Below are positions 30,777 to 32,000 of a DNA stretch of 32,000 nucleotides, one piece after another. Location of the stretch: positions 1 through 32,000 of the forward strand of contig JAZPYE010000007.1 in the NCBI GenBank assembly GCA_045544035.1. Direction: 5' to 3'. The position numbers and the translations under genes were made by a program. The notes beneath the pieces were generated by a model, which had not been told where the DNA came from, did no database searches, and saw nothing but the letters and a program-made list of their open reading frames with translations. Source of the DNA: Acutalibacteraceae bacterium (lineage in GTDB: Bacteria; Bacillota; Clostridia; Oscillospirales; Acutalibacteraceae). Positions within the stretch are counted from its first letter, which is position 1. The number at the start of each line of letters is the position of its first letter.

Positions 30777-31740
30777 TTTTATTTTCCTCCCATATTTTTT
30801 CACAAATATAATCAATATCTTTTATTTCTTTTATTTCTCCGCAAAGCTTTCTGAGATTTGCGGCGCCTTTAAGACCCTTCATATACCACGCCGTGTGCTT
30901 TCTTGCCTCCAGCATTGCGATATAAGGGTCTTTATATTTACACATAAGCTCAATGTGGCGGCGCATTGCATTAAGTTTTTCACAGAGGGTCGGCTGGGGC
31001 AGAATTTCGCCTGTGCAAAAGAAATGGTTTATGCTTTTAAAGACAAAGGGGTTGCCCATGGCGGCTCTGCCCACCATAAGAAAATCGGCTCCCGTTTTAT
31101 CCTTTACCGCCTTTGCCGAGGGGCCATCAACAATATCGCCGTTGGCAATAATGGGAATACTCACCGCCTCTTTAATTTTTCTAATTGTGTCATAATCAAC
31201 AGGCGGGGCATACATTTGTTTTCGTGTTCTGCCATGAACAGTTATGGCATCGGCGCCTGAAGCCTCTAAAATTTTGGCAAGCTCAACGCCGTTAATGCTG
31301 TTTTCATCCCACCCGATTCTGATTTTAACGGTAACAGGCAGGTCAACTGCATTTTTGACCGCCTTAACGATTTCACCTGCTTTTTTGGGGTCTTTAAGCA
31401 ATGCACTTCCACCGCCGTTTCCCGCAACCTTCGGGGCAGGGCAGCCCATATTGATATCAATAAAATCGGGGTTAAATTTAGCGGCAGTTTCTGCGGCTAA
31501 AGCCATAGTTTTTTCTTCGCCACCGAAAAGCTGGGATGCCATTGGGCGTTCTTTTTCGCCGATAAAAAGGTAGGAGGCGGATTTTTTATCCCCCATGCTA
31601 ACTCCTTTTGCGCTTGTTAGTTCCCCAACGGTGTAGGCAGCCCCTGCCTCGCGGCAAATCTCTCTCATGGCGCGGTCGGCAACCCCTGCCATAGGGGCTA
31701 GGGCGGCGTGGCCTGAAATTTCCAATTTTCCAATTTTCAT
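30766..31740 (-). CDS. dusB: tRNA dihydrouridine synthase DusB
   Basis: 324-aa ORF. LAPMAGVADRAMREICREAGA, DINMGCPAPKV (catalytic Cys) and TVHGRTRKQMY are Dus-family motifs. Confidence 0.9.
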   Translation of the reverse strand: MKIGKLEISGHAALAPMAGVADRAMREICREAGAAYTVGELTSAKGVSMGDKKSASYLFIGEKERPMASQLFGGEEKTMALAAETAAKFNPDFIDINMGCPAPKVAGNGGGSALLKDPKKAGEIVKAVKNAVDLPVTVKIRIGWDENSINGVELAKILEASGADAITVHGRTRKQMYAPPVDYDTIRKIKEAVSIPIIANGDIVDGPSAKAVKDKTGADFLMVGRAAMGNPFVFKSINHFFCTGEILPQPTLCEKLNAMRRHIELMCKYKDPYIAMLEARKHTAWYMKGLKGAANLRKLCGEIKEIKDIDYICEKIWEENKNEI

Positions 31741-31908
31741 TTATGCCACCTCCGCCAAAAATCATATTAAAATTATATCAAAAAGGCGGCTTTTTGTAAA
31801 GTGAATATATAATATTAAAATATTTTTGAAATTATGCTTCTATTTTCTTTAAAGTAGTGATATAATAATTTAGAATATAGCCAAATTTTGCATAGGATGG
31901 AATTTACA

Positions 31909-32000
31909 AATGGAGATAATCGTTAAGGGAAAAAAGGTGATTTACGAGGATGTAGGTCAAGGCGAGGCCATTGTGCTCCTGCACGGCTGGGGCTCTGAAA
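31909..32000 (+). CDS. alpha/beta hydrolase, N-terminal 30 aa only (runs off the right edge)
   Basis: My own translation gives MEIIVKGKKVIYEDVGQGEAIVLLHGWGSE. The V.Y...G.G..IVLLHGWG pattern is the usual oxyanion-hole HG start of alpha/beta-fold hydrolases. A TGaTATAAT extended -10 lies at 31858-31866. Confidence 0.5.

Noticed and set aside
1-32000. CRISPR arrays, IS elements or transposases, integrases, rRNA, and known defence systems (RM, CBASS, retron, Abi with RT).
   Set aside because: I found no spaced direct-repeat arrays, no transposase, integrase or RT-like ORFs, and no rRNA-like sequence on either strand. The only accessory module is the barnase/barstar islet.

Overview
This window is the replication-origin neighbourhood of a spore-forming Firmicute. 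The Clostridia-type assignment is an inference from spoIIID, spoVB and spoVAE plus the origin gene order. The conserved block dnaA-dnaN-yaaA-recF-remB-gyrB-gyrA lies on the minus strand at 13.0-21.8 kb. Coding polarity flips at about 21.8-22.1 kb: genes to the left are almost all minus-strand, and a plus-strand sugar ABC transporter plus malQ lies to the right. The dnaA-dnaN spacer holds degenerate DnaA boxes beside an A/T-rich tract, so oriC is inside the window. The left third is housekeeping (trmO, DUF1846, DUF1015, T-box-controlled thrS, NUDIX, pth, rarA, tadA, CPBP protease) interleaved with the sporulation genes spoVAE, spoVB and spoIIID. The right end carries a DUF3048 lipoprotein, yebC, a VanY-like M15 peptidase, dusB and the start of an alpha/beta hydrolase. 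The only clearly accessory element is a visibly AT-rich islet of about 1.2 kb (26.46-27.75 kb) between malQ and a tRNA-Arg(ACG) gene. It encodes a 189-aa protein made of a stub of a phage MuF/SPP1-gp7 head-morphogenesis domain fused to a complete barnase-type RNase domain. That gene is tightly coupled to a barstar-type inhibitor gene. Next to it lie an inverted pseudo-copy of the tRNA 3' half and several long hairpins. This looks like a decapitated phage MuF polymorphic toxin/immunity module that kept its own promoter and RBS, and it is the best candidate for something new here. Other points worth a second look: (1) a recurrent GGTTTACATAA(T) motif, with four copies plus a SpoIIID-consensus box and a G8 tract upstream of spoIIID, and two more copies behind terminators elsewhere; (2) a TGTTTCACGTGAAACA palindrome present in front of both gyrB and tadA; (3) a strong hairpin that buries the spoVAE start codon; (4) a dnaA upstream flank that lacks rpmH and clear DnaA boxes. 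No rRNA, CRISPR, IS element, integrase or transposase was seen.
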